The translations under genes were made by a program, and so were the position numbers. The notes under the pieces were generated by a model. That model was not told the origin of the DNA and did not search any database. It saw only the letters and a program-made list of their open reading frames with translations. From IMG/VR virus record IMGVR_UViG_3300009499_000296: a stretch of DNA of 64,000 bases. One strand, written 5' to 3'. Positions within the stretch are counted from its first letter, which is position 1. Every line of letters begins with the position of its first letter. The stretch comes from an uncultured virus (IMG/VR IMGVR_UViG_3300009499_000296). Lineage: Duplodnaviria > Heunggongvirae > Uroviricota > Caudoviricetes. Positions 9,246 to 19,534 of this stretch are shown piece by piece.

Positions 9246-9635
9246 TTACGCCTTCTCTACAGATCCCGTTACCTTCCAGGGATGCAGCTCTGTCCACACA
9301 GCAGCTTCAACTAGGCCAGAAAGCGTCTCCAGGTCAAGGACTACGTTGAATTGTGCAAGATAGTGTTCTGCCCAAGCCAGAGCATACTGCTTTTTGGCTA
9401 GCCCCGTCTCCAGCGTCTTGTCCCAGGTCCCACTCTGTTTAGCCGCTGTTACTGCCAGTCTCACTGCCTCGTGGATCAGGAACAACTGCTGTTCGTTCAG
9501 TTGTCCTTCAATCTCCGCCTGGCGCTGTTTCAACCACACCTTGACGTAGGCTGCTAAGATACCAGCCAGTACAGGCAAGGTCGCCATCAGGATGAGCTGA
9601 AGGCACCGCGAAAGTACATCCATCCAGGTAGTCAT
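9246..9635 (-). CDS. holin, LL-H family-like
   Basis: N-terminal TM helix; AVTAAKQ...KKQYAL...LVEAAV; next to the endolysin. Confidence 0.8.
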   Translation of the reverse strand: MTTWMDVLSRCLQLILMATLPVLAGILAAYVKVWLKQRQAEIEGQLNEQQLFLIHEAVRLAVTAAKQSGTWDKTLETGLAKKQYALAWAEHYLAQFNVVLDLETLSGLVEAAVWTELHPWKVTGSVEKA

Positions 9636-11359
9636 TTAGTTACCTCCTGTCTTATCACAGATACAAAGTGGCTAATCCAACTCCTTAGTTTAGCAGGGCT
9701 GTTGGGGAAACTCTCCTGATATTCTAGGGCAGCCCTTTCTACCCTCTCTGCGTGAGCACGATAGTCCTCTAACGTATCCTCCCAGTCCTCGGCGTCTCTT
9801 GCAGCACTAGGGCCAGCCGAGTACCCGTAGGCCAGCCACCGCCAGCTGTCCCTACGCTCGTAGGGAAGAATACTCCTAACTTCAACCAGGTAGTCCACAA
9901 CGAACCTGATCATACAATCGGGGTCAGTGGGGCTGCCATGCCCAAAGGCGTCCCAGGTTTTGATCATGGACTGCCCTAACCCCCAGGCCCCAGCAGACGA
10001 GCAGGCCAGCCGGTCAAAGGCACTCTCGCATTTGACCAATCCCGCCACTAGACACCAGGGGATTTCAGGTGTCTGGTACTTCAGGTACAACTCCCTGTAG
10101 GGCGGCCCCTCCGATGGATGGCCAAACCTCGCGCCCTCTTCAGCCCGCCAGTCCATCAACTCTTGAACCTCCGCCAAGGAGCCCTCAACCAGGTCGATGT
10201 CGAACCCGCCAACTGCCCGGAGCATCGCTAGTCTCTCCGCTGAGGGATTGACGGCTGTCACCGTGTGGCCAAGGCCACCGTGCACCTTCATGGCATCGTC
10301 GTCGCTCTGGCCGACCGTACTACGGAACGCTCCGATGTAGTTCCGCAGTGCCTCGTACCACTGCCAATCGGCTTCCTGCCGTGTGTCCATCTGGGGCAGG
10401 AGCACATAGTGAGACCGGTACCCATCTTCTTGCTCCTCCCAGCCCTGGCCTACGATGTAGTTGCCATACTGTTCCCTGTCGGGCCACACGTCGAAGCTCT
10501 CCCACATTTCGAGTCCGTCGAACAAGAAGACCGTAGCCCCAGCGATGTAGTCATCCTCCTGCAAATACTTGTCGTACCACCCCAGTTGTGGCAGGAAGAC
10601 ATCCATTCCCCCGAAGGAGTGGTAGCCGCCTTCTCCGCCGGGGTCCCAGTGGGCGGCCCCCGAGTCTACCCCGAACTCAGTGATAACGATGTCGGGAAGC
10701 TCGCTGGGAGATAGAGCATCTTCCAGTTGGGCGCGCATCTTTCGAAATCGCAGGGTAAAATACCCGCCAACCTCCGGCTGGATATTGGGATCGTCGGGAT
10801 ACCTTAGGAACTCAGAGTCCATGCGCGGTGCGCAGTACTCGTGGAGTCCCCACAGACCGCCCCAGAGACGTAGCTTTCTTGCTAGCTCATGGACCCTCGG
10901 ATCGTCCCAGTAGACGATCCGCCCTGTCTCGGGGTGCAATTCGTCAGGGCACCCTACAGACCAACTTCCGGCAACGTAGGGGATGCCCAGCTTCCTCAAC
11001 TCCTCCACGAGTTCTAGCTGGAACTCGACGTACTCCCAGCACCGACCACCATGAGGGTTGATTTCATTGTATACCTCCATGGTATCCACCAGTCCCTCTT
11101 GGCACTGGCGGCCCAGAGTACAGTCGGCTATCTCGCGAGCTATTCTGGCAGCATCATTGAACCTTTGGTCGTCTGGCTCGTAGTGATGCCTGCCAATAAC
11201 CAGCGGGTCATACGGACACCCCTGAAGCACATCGACGGCACTGACATCGATCAGTTTGATAATCCGAGGCCTTACAGTCCAGATGAAGCCCCGCATAGCA
11301 TTCAGGTCGGACAGCCGCTGAATTTGAACTCCCAACTTACTTTTTCTGCATTGGGCCAT
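9632..11359 (-). CDS. endolysin: N-terminal GH-A-like TIM barrel plus C-terminal lytic transglycosylase (SLT)
   Basis: YNE...LHEY...IVITEFG in the N-terminus; KCESAFD...SSAGAWGLGQ...YSAG in the C-terminus. Confidence 0.75.
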   Translation of the reverse strand: MAQCRKSKLGVQIQRLSDLNAMRGFIWTVRPRIIKLIDVSAVDVLQGCPYDPLVIGRHHYEPDDQRFNDAARIAREIADCTLGRQCQEGLVDTMEVYNEINPHGGRCWEYVEFQLELVEELRKLGIPYVAGSWSVGCPDELHPETGRIVYWDDPRVHELARKLRLWGGLWGLHEYCAPRMDSEFLRYPDDPNIQPEVGGYFTLRFRKMRAQLEDALSPSELPDIVITEFGVDSGAAHWDPGGEGGYHSFGGMDVFLPQLGWYDKYLQEDDYIAGATVFLFDGLEMWESFDVWPDREQYGNYIVGQGWEEQEDGYRSHYVLLPQMDTRQEADWQWYEALRNYIGAFRSTVGQSDDDAMKVHGGLGHTVTAVNPSAERLAMLRAVGGFDIDLVEGSLAEVQELMDWRAEEGARFGHPSEGPPYRELYLKYQTPEIPWCLVAGLVKCESAFDRLACSSAGAWGLGQSMIKTWDAFGHGSPTDPDCMIRFVVDYLVEVRSILPYERRDSWRWLAYGYSAGPSAARDAEDWEDTLEDYRAHAERVERAALEYQESFPNSPAKLRSWISHFVSVIRQEVTK

Positions 11360-11370
11360 TTGGTTACCTC

Positions 11371-11712
11371 CTATGCCTCTTCGGTTTCCACTCCCAGCTT
11401 CTTAAGTAGAACTTTCATCTTTCGGTCGTATGGCAAAACAGCATCAGGAGCCTGAAGAGCCATCTGAATGAAGGCTAGTCTCTCCTGAGGGAACTCTATC
11501 TTCCATTCTTTGAGGACATCCCGCCACACGACACGATTTGGACCCAGGGTTTGGAGCCCAACCTCAGCCCCTTCCTCTGGTGAGAGCTCTAGCAAGTCCA
11601 GGGCCTTCATTGCTTGGCGGAACATAGCTCTGTTTCCGCCCCCTGCCCCAACGATGTTTGTTAGGGTAATCCGGTCCCAAGTACTGAGTGAGATCGTAAC
11701 CTTGTCTGCCAT
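11371..11712 (-). CDS. hypothetical protein (possible fibre chaperone)
   Basis: AGGAGG RBS before MADKVTISL. Confidence 0.6.
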   Translation of the reverse strand: MADKVTISLSTWDRITLTNIVGAGGGNRAMFRQAMKALDLLELSPEEGAEVGLQTLGPNRVVWRDVLKEWKIEFPQERLAFIQMALQAPDAVLPYDRKMKVLLKKLGVETEEA

Positions 11713-11756
11713 TTGATTTGCCTCCTTTCTCTTAGAGAGACCATTATCAGAAATTC

Positions 11757-14700
11757 CTATATCCAATATCCCCAGCACCGCATAGTCACGTCTAGCGTAT
11801 CTACACCAGAAGCAGCCACCCGATAGTAAATGTCCCCATCTGTACACGGCACTGTATGACCACCATGAGCCATAGCATCATTTACCAGCCCCCCACATCC
11901 AACAAAAAGAGCATACCAGTAGGTAGCGTTGGGGCCAACAGCGAAGTAGGCGTCGGCTTCGCCCGCGCTTCCAGAATCCCTTACATAAATGTTAAGCAAC
12001 AGTGCTTTTGCCTCTGCGGGGATAGTCGAAGACCACGATGTGTTCTCAATCTTGGTCGAGGTGCTCACATCGCTGAAACTATCCCCATTGAAGCTCGTGT
12101 GCGAGAGCGGCGTCGTCAGGGGATGGAATGCATACACATCATAGACCGAAGTCTTGACGGATTTCAGGTTGCCGTCGAAGTAGATGTCGTCGGGGTCGGG
12201 ATCTATGGCCGTTGAGCCGACGTAGAGGCCGCCGCCAATGCGAAAATCAACGTTACATTCTCCATACGAAACCCCGGCACCTTCGTCTGCCACCACGTAA
12301 AGATATGCCTCGGTGATACCAGATGCCGCTGCCATCCCTGCGTCAGCTTGCTCAGTCCCCCCAGCCCCTGCAATAAGCCTCAACTGCGAGTCATGTCCGG
12401 ATACATCTCCAACCTGCAACCTGGCACGGGTAACTCCTGCAGTAATATAGGATCCTAGATACGATATTACATCGCCGCTAGCGGGATCAGTAAATTTGTA
12501 GGATTGCCGATCGGTATAGGCAGCAGTATCGGCTACTATGGCTATCCCACCACTATCCAGCACCACCTCTTCGCTCCCCGCCGTCCCGAACTTGGCTGTT
12601 GCGCCCGTTATCAATAGTTCATTCGCCCCGCCCCACCACCTGAAGGTGGCCTTTACAGTCGTGATATTGGTCCAGCCTACTCCATATTCGTAAGTCTCAG
12701 CTGTGCCGCCGCTACCTACTACCTCCACTCGCCAAGCAATCTCGTCAACGCCGGGGTCTATAGCATAATCATCATCCGCTACAAGTAAGATATGATAGAT
12801 CGTGCTGTTGGCAATGGCGGGCTTGGAGGTGCCAAACTTAAATACAACATCACTGGCACTTGTCGGCACGTCGCTACATGCAACCCATTCAGAGTCGCCG
12901 TCCTCTCCGATGGCGTTCCCGATATATTCGACCGCCTCTGTGCCCACACCATTGTTTGTCACCTTGAAGAAGTCATTAGCTGCTGGGGCAGAACTCTTGG
13001 CAGTCGCTAAGTCATCGCCAGTGAAATCCCCGGTCCCCAATACCTCAAAGTAGGTGTCTACCTCGGGCACTGCACCGCCGTTTGCGGTGTGGAGTTCTCC
13101 CGATTGGAAAGCAGTGCCCATTGTCTCCAAGTTGTCGGTGATTGTTACCTCAAAGTCCTCGGCAGTGAGAAGGCTATCGGGCAAGCCTCCATTGTCAGTC
13201 CACATCTCTATTCGGATGTTACCACCAGGAGAACCAGTTCGTTTTAAGCAAAGTCGCACTTCGTCCAATGCACCAGCAGCAGCGGGAGATGTCACCTGCA
13301 CGGCGAGCTTGTCGCTGGTTGTTTCTTCGGAGACTAGAGGAAGATCATCATCGTGGACGGTGTAGCTCCCGAAATCCGACGGCCCCCAGGATTGTATGGC
13401 AGTTGAGGGATCGCCTATGCTATAACGTGGGGAACCGACGTTGTAGTCCCACCAATACCCAATCCCTTCTCTCCATGCGGTCTGGCCGGACTTGATGAGA
13501 CCGCTCGTGGCCACATTGAGTGCACCAGTCACACTCAAATTCATCAAGTATCCGGCATCCGCCTTAATCGTTCCTCTAACCTCGAAGACGCTGCCATCCC
13601 ACTTCACATAACTGTTGGCATCCTTCGCAAACTGGAATGTGCCGTCGTTCTTGATGAACACAGGCCATGCAGACCCGCTCCAATAGCCCATATAGCTGGC
13701 TGTTAGATACAGACCGGCCGCCCCTTCGGAGTCACCGAATCGCGGTGGGACGCTATACAGGTTTGTACCCCAAGTTGCACCTACTGTAGCATAATCTGCT
13801 GGCTTGCCCGTGCCAGTGACCTGAGTTTGCCAGTTAGCCACGTCAGCGGTCGCCAAGTCGCCTGCATCGGTCAGGTTGCCAATACCAGAACCACCTGTGA
13901 TAGCCACTGAACCGACGATGCTCAAGTTGGAACCATCCCACAGTAGCTTGTTCCCAGCAGCATTGCCAATGAATACCCGCGGTGTTCCAACGTTGTATTC
14001 TAGCCAATATCCAGTACCCGAATTGTAGCCTGCTGCTCCAGACTTAATGACACCGCTGGTGGAGACATTGAGTACCCCATCCACGGTCAGAGAACCCAGG
14101 TAGCCAGCATTGGCATCTATCGTGCCGGTGAAGAACCCGCTATCAGTCCACAGGCCATATCCACTGGCACCACCAAGCCCCGTTAAGTTCCCCAGCCTGG
14201 CCTTGACTGCAATATGCTCCCCCCCCAACCAGGGGCTTCCATCATGGGTCAGGACCTCTACGTAGGGAGCATTGGAGAGGTCAGCCGTCATCCGAACAAC
14301 TCCACCGCCGCTGACACCCCAGTCCACGACTCCAACACCAGCAGGGTAGGTTATGTCTCCTCCGTTACCCTTTGTACCACTCTGGTAAGTGCAGGTGTAT
14401 CTCTGCCGCCCATCTTCCATATCTGTCTGGCTGGCGACTGTGAACCAGGTATCTCCCACACCCTCTGAATATTCGGCCCTAACCTCACAGATGTCGGCAT
14501 TGTCAAAGAGAAAGCCTCCACCTGGTGGGTCATTGAGGTACATATCCCAGGTGCCCGAGGCTGGCACAACCATATCGTTGGAGAGTACCCCCGCACTCTT
14601 GGAGACAAGAAGCGTGCCAGCATGGGCAGAAAGGAGGTCTTTGACGAAGACGGCGCAGTGAAATTCGCCCCGTACAGTCACATTGTTGAATTCAGCGTCA

Positions 14701-17162
14701 CCAGTACCACCAATCCGCCACCCCGAGACACCAGAGGCGAAGTTGGAGGTCTCTACCCGTTCGTTGGCTCCGTCGATGTATATCTTATTGGATGTGCCGA
14801 CGGCTATCCGCTGGGTGGCCCCCTCTAGGGCAATCCCTGCTCCCACTGTTATCTTATCGTTGGCATCGTCAAGCGTGATGTTGGGGCTGGTAATGGTTGT
14901 AGCACCTATCGCCCAGCCGCCTATCTCACCCGAGGTCGCGGTCAGTGCTCCCGCACTCGTCACCCTGAAAGGTGCTGTGGCTCTAGTGGCACCTCCTAGA
15001 GCTAGCCAGGGGTCTGTGGTGGACAACCACAGGTGATTGCCATTTGTTGATAGGTCTATTGAAACGTCGTCCCCTGTGGCGGCGAACCCTGTATTGCTGA
15101 GGGTGACAGTACCTGCAACTAAACTGCCACCAGCACCGATAGTCAAGGTGCCACTGATAGCCAGTGTCTGGAGTGTTCCCGAGACAGCGGTTATTGCCCC
15201 GCTGATTGTGGCACTGCTAGCGATGATATTGCCAGAAGCGTCCAGCTCAAAGTTTGCGGCTTTGGCTAAGAGCTTGACACCATCAAACTGGAAGAAAGCG
15301 TCAACTCCGTCACCAACATAGAGTCGAGCCTTTGACGGAGTTCCTGCAACAAACTCCGCCTGTAAACCCGCAGCCCCAAAAGCCTGGCTCTTGATGGCAA
15401 TCTGCTTGGCCGCAGCATCAAGCCAAATCTCCGAGTTGTGTAGTTCGGTGGCTAAGATCGTCCAGCCACCAATGCTACCGGCAGCCGCAGTAATAGTTCC
15501 CGAAAGCGTAGCGCTAGAAGCTGTTAGGTTGCCGTCAGCATCAAGTTCAGTATTGGCACCCTTCCACACGAGTTTGGAACTGTCCCACTTCAGGTAGTTA
15601 TTAGCATCCGAATACAGCGACAGTTTAGCCCCGGTGCTATACCCCAGCCAGGCACCAATGTTGTCCCCATAGCCTGTTGGGGGTGTAGCCCCAAAGGATA
15701 CGTAGCCGTCAGAATGCAACACCGCATTGGCCTTGCTGATTTTCTCATAATCAATGTTCCATCCAGCAAGGGAAGGACCCGTCCCGGCATCGGCGGAGTT
15801 GAAGATGACTCCCCCGCCTGCATCCCTCACTTTGATATAGTAGTCATCCCCCTCCTTGCCTATAAAGACGCGCTCATAAGTTGCATCTGTGAGAACAATC
15901 TTGGGTATCGCAGAATTGAGTGTTACCCCAGCCCCAGCGGAGAGCTTCTTTATCTCGTCAGCATCGATGTCCCACCCACCGATGATCGCACTAATAGCCT
16001 GTAGGTTATCGACGCTGATCTTCGGAGCGGTGATAGCTCCGTCGGCAATGTGGATCGTCCCTAAGCCGCCAGTGATGGTGAGCGCTGTGCCCAGGAATGT
16101 GCCCCCATCTTTGTCGAGGATCCACCCGGAGCCTTCCGCGGTGTTCATCAATCTGATGCCCCTGGTGCACCAGATGTCCCCGGCCATCAGCATCTCGGCA
16201 GCGTAGTAGTTTTGAGGCCTATACTCAGTAAGCGAGACAGCTTCCAGAGGATAGAAGCGAATCTTGCTGACGATCTGGGGCAGTCTCAGACGGTTAGCGG
16301 GAGTGGCGTTGGAATCCCCTAGGACGTAGAAGAACGTGTAGTGGCTGCCTGCCAGCGTCCCGCTCAGGGTGACATAAGCTGCCTGGGCCTCCCCCACGGT
16401 GGCGTACTGCCTGAGTAGCTCATTGGCAGTCGTACCGGCCACGGTGTGGTCAGTTGAAGAGTTCCCGCCGCAGTAGGTCCAGTTCCCCTCTTCATCGGCT
16501 ACGGCAAAGTAGCCATTGATATCATCTGCGCTTGCCGACAGCCGAACTCCCAATAGGTACTGCCGGGTAGGATACTCGTACTCTACCCAATCGCCGCTAA
16601 CGTAGCTCACTACCACGGTGTCCAGATCGGCATCCCAAAGCCCATCCAGTGTGGCACGGGTGTTATCATCTGAGTCAGTCGGCACGATCAGCATCAGATC
16701 ACCCAGCTCAGCATCGGTGACTGACAAGGCCACCTCTGCCCCGCTCCCCACACTGAAGGCACTCACCTGGTCAAAGCAGTCTACAGCCTTCAGCCAGTAG
16801 TAGTAAGACGTACCACTCAAGACTGAATTATCCGCGAAGGTAGTCTCTTTGGGGCCAGCGCGGTGGATCTCCGTTGCCGTGCCGCTGTCGTCAGTGGTAT
16901 TGCGATAGATCGCAATATGCTTCAAGTCGCTGTCGGGATGCTGAGTCCAAGCGAGCTTGATGTTGAGCATATAGCCTGTGGCTATCAAGCCGGTAGGGGC
17001 AGCAGGCGCAGAATTTTCGCATTCCAGCGTGACCCAGCCAGACTCCTGGCCGAAAACGTCGATGACCTTGAGTCGGACATCGACGACCATGGGAGAAGGA
17101 AACGCGCCCTGGAAGTAATCTTGCAACTGTGAGAACGAGAACGTTATTATTTGGCGAGCCAT
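11757..17162 (-). CDS. large tail fibre / host-specificity protein (FN3 domains, beta-repeat shaft)
   Basis: 1801 aa; APAAPTGL...YYYWLKAVD FN3; repeated GxIGGWxI units. Confidence 0.8.
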   Translation of the reverse strand: MARQIITFSFSQLQDYFQGAFPSPMVVDVRLKVIDVFGQESGWVTLECENSAPAAPTGLIATGYMLNIKLAWTQHPDSDLKHIAIYRNTTDDSGTATEIHRAGPKETTFADNSVLSGTSYYYWLKAVDCFDQVSAFSVGSGAEVALSVTDAELGDLMLIVPTDSDDNTRATLDGLWDADLDTVVVSYVSGDWVEYEYPTRQYLLGVRLSASADDINGYFAVADEEGNWTYCGGNSSTDHTVAGTTANELLRQYATVGEAQAAYVTLSGTLAGSHYTFFYVLGDSNATPANRLRLPQIVSKIRFYPLEAVSLTEYRPQNYYAAEMLMAGDIWCTRGIRLMNTAEGSGWILDKDGGTFLGTALTITGGLGTIHIADGAITAPKISVDNLQAISAIIGGWDIDADEIKKLSAGAGVTLNSAIPKIVLTDATYERVFIGKEGDDYYIKVRDAGGGVIFNSADAGTGPSLAGWNIDYEKISKANAVLHSDGYVSFGATPPTGYGDNIGAWLGYSTGAKLSLYSDANNYLKWDSSKLVWKGANTELDADGNLTASSATLSGTITAAAGSIGGWTILATELHNSEIWLDAAAKQIAIKSQAFGAAGLQAEFVAGTPSKARLYVGDGVDAFFQFDGVKLLAKAANFELDASGNIIASSATISGAITAVSGTLQTLAISGTLTIGAGGSLVAGTVTLSNTGFAATGDDVSIDLSTNGNHLWLSTTDPWLALGGATRATAPFRVTSAGALTATSGEIGGWAIGATTITSPNITLDDANDKITVGAGIALEGATQRIAVGTSNKIYIDGANERVETSNFASGVSGWRIGGTGDAEFNNVTVRGEFHCAVFVKDLLSAHAGTLLVSKSAGVLSNDMVVPASGTWDMYLNDPPGGGFLFDNADICEVRAEYSEGVGDTWFTVASQTDMEDGRQRYTCTYQSGTKGNGGDITYPAGVGVVDWGVSGGGVVRMTADLSNAPYVEVLTHDGSPWLGGEHIAVKARLGNLTGLGGASGYGLWTDSGFFTGTIDANAGYLGSLTVDGVLNVSTSGVIKSGAAGYNSGTGYWLEYNVGTPRVFIGNAAGNKLLWDGSNLSIVGSVAITGGSGIGNLTDAGDLATADVANWQTQVTGTGKPADYATVGATWGTNLYSVPPRFGDSEGAAGLYLTASYMGYWSGSAWPVFIKNDGTFQFAKDANSYVKWDGSVFEVRGTIKADAGYLMNLSVTGALNVATSGLIKSGQTAWREGIGYWWDYNVGSPRYSIGDPSTAIQSWGPSDFGSYTVHDDDLPLVSEETTSDKLAVQVTSPAAAGALDEVRLCLKRTGSPGGNIRIEMWTDNGGLPDSLLTAEDFEVTITDNLETMGTAFQSGELHTANGGAVPEVDTYFEVLGTGDFTGDDLATAKSSAPAANDFFKVTNNGVGTEAVEYIGNAIGEDGDSEWVACSDVPTSASDVVFKFGTSKPAIANSTIYHILLVADDDYAIDPGVDEIAWRVEVVGSGGTAETYEYGVGWTNITTVKATFRWWGGANELLITGATAKFGTAGSEEVVLDSGGIAIVADTAAYTDRQSYKFTDPASGDVISYLGSYITAGVTRARLQVGDVSGHDSQLRLIAGAGGTEQADAGMAAASGITEAYLYVVADEGAGVSYGECNVDFRIGGGLYVGSTAIDPDPDDIYFDGNLKSVKTSVYDVYAFHPLTTPLSHTSFNGDSFSDVSTSTKIENTSWSSTIPAEAKALLLNIYVRDSGSAGEADAYFAVGPNATYWYALFVGCGGLVNDAMAHGGHTVPCTDGDIYYRVAASGVDTLDVTMRCWGYWI

Positions 17163-17174
17163 TACTTATTCACC

Positions 17175-17990
17175 CTAATGGGGAAATCTAAAAATCCTCT
17201 TCCTTACCGCTTCCAAAGCATCCGTAATGCCCACACTATCAGCAACCGCACGAACGTAGGAAGCTGTACGAGTGACAACGTCAGTCATCCCCACGTCATC
17301 CGAAACAGTGCGAACATAAGAGGCAACCGTGCTTATCGCATCAGTGATTCCCACTGCATCCGCCACAAGAACAGTCAGCGATGTGGTCAGTGCGTCGGTG
17401 ATCCCGACAGCATCCGTCAGAATGATGTACCACCGGGGAGCTATCACCGCATCTGTAATACCCACATTCTCACTTACGGCGCGAATGTAAGAGGCAACCC
17501 GAGTGATGGCGTCAGTTACCCCTATGTTGTCAGGCACCGCACGCACATAGGAAGCAACTCTGCTTATTGCATCTGAGATACCCAGGGCGTCCGCTAGGAG
17601 GACGGTCAGGGAAGTAGCCAGGGTGTCGGCTATTTCCACATCGTCTGTGAGAGTTCGCAGGTAGGATACCAAGAGGGCGACAGCATCCGTCAGGCCCACG
17701 TCGTCCGCTACAGCGCGACTGTAGGACACGATACGAGCAATCGCATCGGCAATCCCCACATTGTCGGCCAAAATCACGGCTAGACCTACGCTTAGTACAT
17801 CCGATATCCCTACGTTGTCGGATACGATCCGTGTCAGGAAAGTCTGGGCCAGTACCCCGCTGTACATCCAAGCAATGTGCTGCCGATCCGCCTGTGATAT
17901 AGTGCCATCGGGTGTTACAGGTGCCAAGATATACGGTGCCAGGAGCTGAACGGACGATGCTCGCTTTGATCGTGAATCAAGATTTGCCAT
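17175..17990 (-). CDS. virion protein with ~19-aa tandem repeats
   Basis: (D)xVGITDA...YxR repeat. Confidence 0.7.
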   Translation of the reverse strand: MANLDSRSKRASSVQLLAPYILAPVTPDGTISQADRQHIAWMYSGVLAQTFLTRIVSDNVGISDVLSVGLAVILADNVGIADAIARIVSYSRAVADDVGLTDAVALLVSYLRTLTDDVEIADTLATSLTVLLADALGISDAISRVASYVRAVPDNIGVTDAITRVASYIRAVSENVGITDAVIAPRWYIILTDAVGITDALTTSLTVLVADAVGITDAISTVASYVRTVSDDVGMTDVVTRTASYVRAVADSVGITDALEAVRKRIFRFPH

Positions 17991-19525
17991 TAGGGACCGC
18001 TTTCAATCTCGCCACGGGTATACGTTGATCCATCATCTGATACTGTTGCCTTCTGGTCTACCACAGCCTCCGCATCATTGTAGACACTCAGCGTAGTGGC
18101 TGTCTGGGTGATCTTGTTGCGCAAGGCTTTGTAGAGAAAGCCGATCTTCGCAGCCAGAGAAGCCGTTGCTGCGGGTGCACCCTGACCAGGTTCAGCATAG
18201 GTATCGACATTCAGGGCATCTACGACTTCGGCGTTCACTTCAGCGGCACTCAGGTCATTGAGACCGGTGACTCCAACACCCTTAGCCAACACAATGTTCG
18301 TGCCTGCTGTGAGTACCCGTGTAACCACACTCCAAATGTCAGCGGCGGCGTGAGAGGAGCGGCTGGAAATCGTAGCGTTGATGTTGTCCACCAAGAGCTT
18401 TCCAATACTCCCAGCCGTCGTGAGCGCACTCGTGGCCTGATCCCAGATGGCCTTGATCCCAGCAGTGGAGAGAGCAAAGCCGGCCTTGTCGGTGAGCGCC
18501 CGCGTTGCCACCGCCCATATAGCGGCAGCATTGTGGGTTGAGAAACCTGTGGCTTTATACTGACTAGGATTGTCCAGGTCAGCCTGCGCAGTAGCCAAAG
18601 CGGTAGCCGTAGCGAATCCAGTAGCCTTGAAATCGGCCTTGGTCTTTACATCATCCAGTATAGCGCCTGCTGTGTCAGCCGTATTGTGCGCCGCAACGAT
18701 GTTCTCGTCCCACACAGCATCGGCAACAGCAGCAGCAGAGGGGTCACTAAAGCCCGTGATGCCAGTGCCCTTAGCTAGCACGATGTTCGTACCTGCTGTG
18801 AGGAGACGCGTAGCAACGCTCCACACAGCAGAAGCAGCATGAGAGGAGCGGCTTGAAATCGTAGCGTTGATGTTATCTACCAGGAGCTTGCCAATGCTGC
18901 CTGCTGTAGTCAAAGCGGAGGTTGCCTGATCCCAGATGGCCTTGATCCCAGCAGTCGAGAGAGCAAAGCCGGCCTTGTCGGTGAGCGCCCGCGTTGCCAC
19001 CGCCCATACATTGGCCGCGCTATGAGTAGAAAACCCGGTAGCCTTGTATTGGCTGGGATTGTCCAAGTCTGCCTGCGCGGTGGCTAGTGCTGCTGCTGTT
19101 GCAAATCCAGTAGCTTTATATTGGGCCGGATTGTTCAGGTCCGTCTCAATGTTATCAATCTGTGTCTCTGTCGTTGAACTCAAGTTGACAGTCGCCGTGT
19201 CCAGATCAAAGGCGTGCATCGCTGAGGCATGGCCATAGGTCTCCACCACGAACGAAGTATCAAGCCAAACCTTAGTGCCCTGATCTACTATGTAGACGAC
19301 GATCCGAGCAGCCTGCATCTCCGTCGCCGACAGTGCGATAGAGTAGCCCTGGCCCTCGTCCACGAAGCCGCTGGCAGTGTTGGCCTCCGCGCCCTCATTC
19401 TTCATAATCTTTGTATCGCCCGCGGCGTGGGCAGCGTCTACCTTGAAGCTCACACCGTCGATCCCGAACAGCACAAAGTCAACTGTTGTTGCTACACCAT
19501 ATTTGCGTAAATAAGGGCCTTGCAT
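17990..19525 (-). CDS. virion structural protein with an internal duplication
   Basis: Ala/Thr rich; duplicated block; ADAVWDE motif. Confidence 0.7.
   Translation of the reverse strand: MQGPYLRKYGVATTVDFVLFGIDGVSFKVDAAHAAGDTKIMKNEGAEANTASGFVDEGQGYSIALSATEMQAARIVVYIVDQGTKVWLDTSFVVETYGHASAMHAFDLDTATVNLSSTTETQIDNIETDLNNPAQYKATGFATAAALATAQADLDNPSQYKATGFSTHSAANVWAVATRALTDKAGFALSTAGIKAIWDQATSALTTAGSIGKLLVDNINATISSRSSHAASAVWSVATRLLTAGTNIVLAKGTGITGFSDPSAAAVADAVWDENIVAAHNTADTAGAILDDVKTKADFKATGFATATALATAQADLDNPSQYKATGFSTHNAAAIWAVATRALTDKAGFALSTAGIKAIWDQATSALTTAGSIGKLLVDNINATISSRSSHAAADIWSVVTRVLTAGTNIVLAKGVGVTGLNDLSAAEVNAEVVDALNVDTYAEPGQGAPAATASLAAKIGFLYKALRNKITQTATTLSVYNDAEAVVDQKATVSDDGSTYTRGEIESGP
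18345..19120 (-). repeat. in-frame internal duplication (~490-nt period)
   Basis: near-identical ~80-nt core at 18437-18518 and 18925-19007. Confidence 0.8.
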
Positions 19526-19534
19526 GGTTTACTC

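Noticed and set aside
18345..19120. Near-identical repeats as a diversity-generating retroelement TR/VR pair
   Set aside because: Both copies are in frame within one ORF, the differences look synonymous rather than adenine-specific, and no reverse transcriptase is in the window
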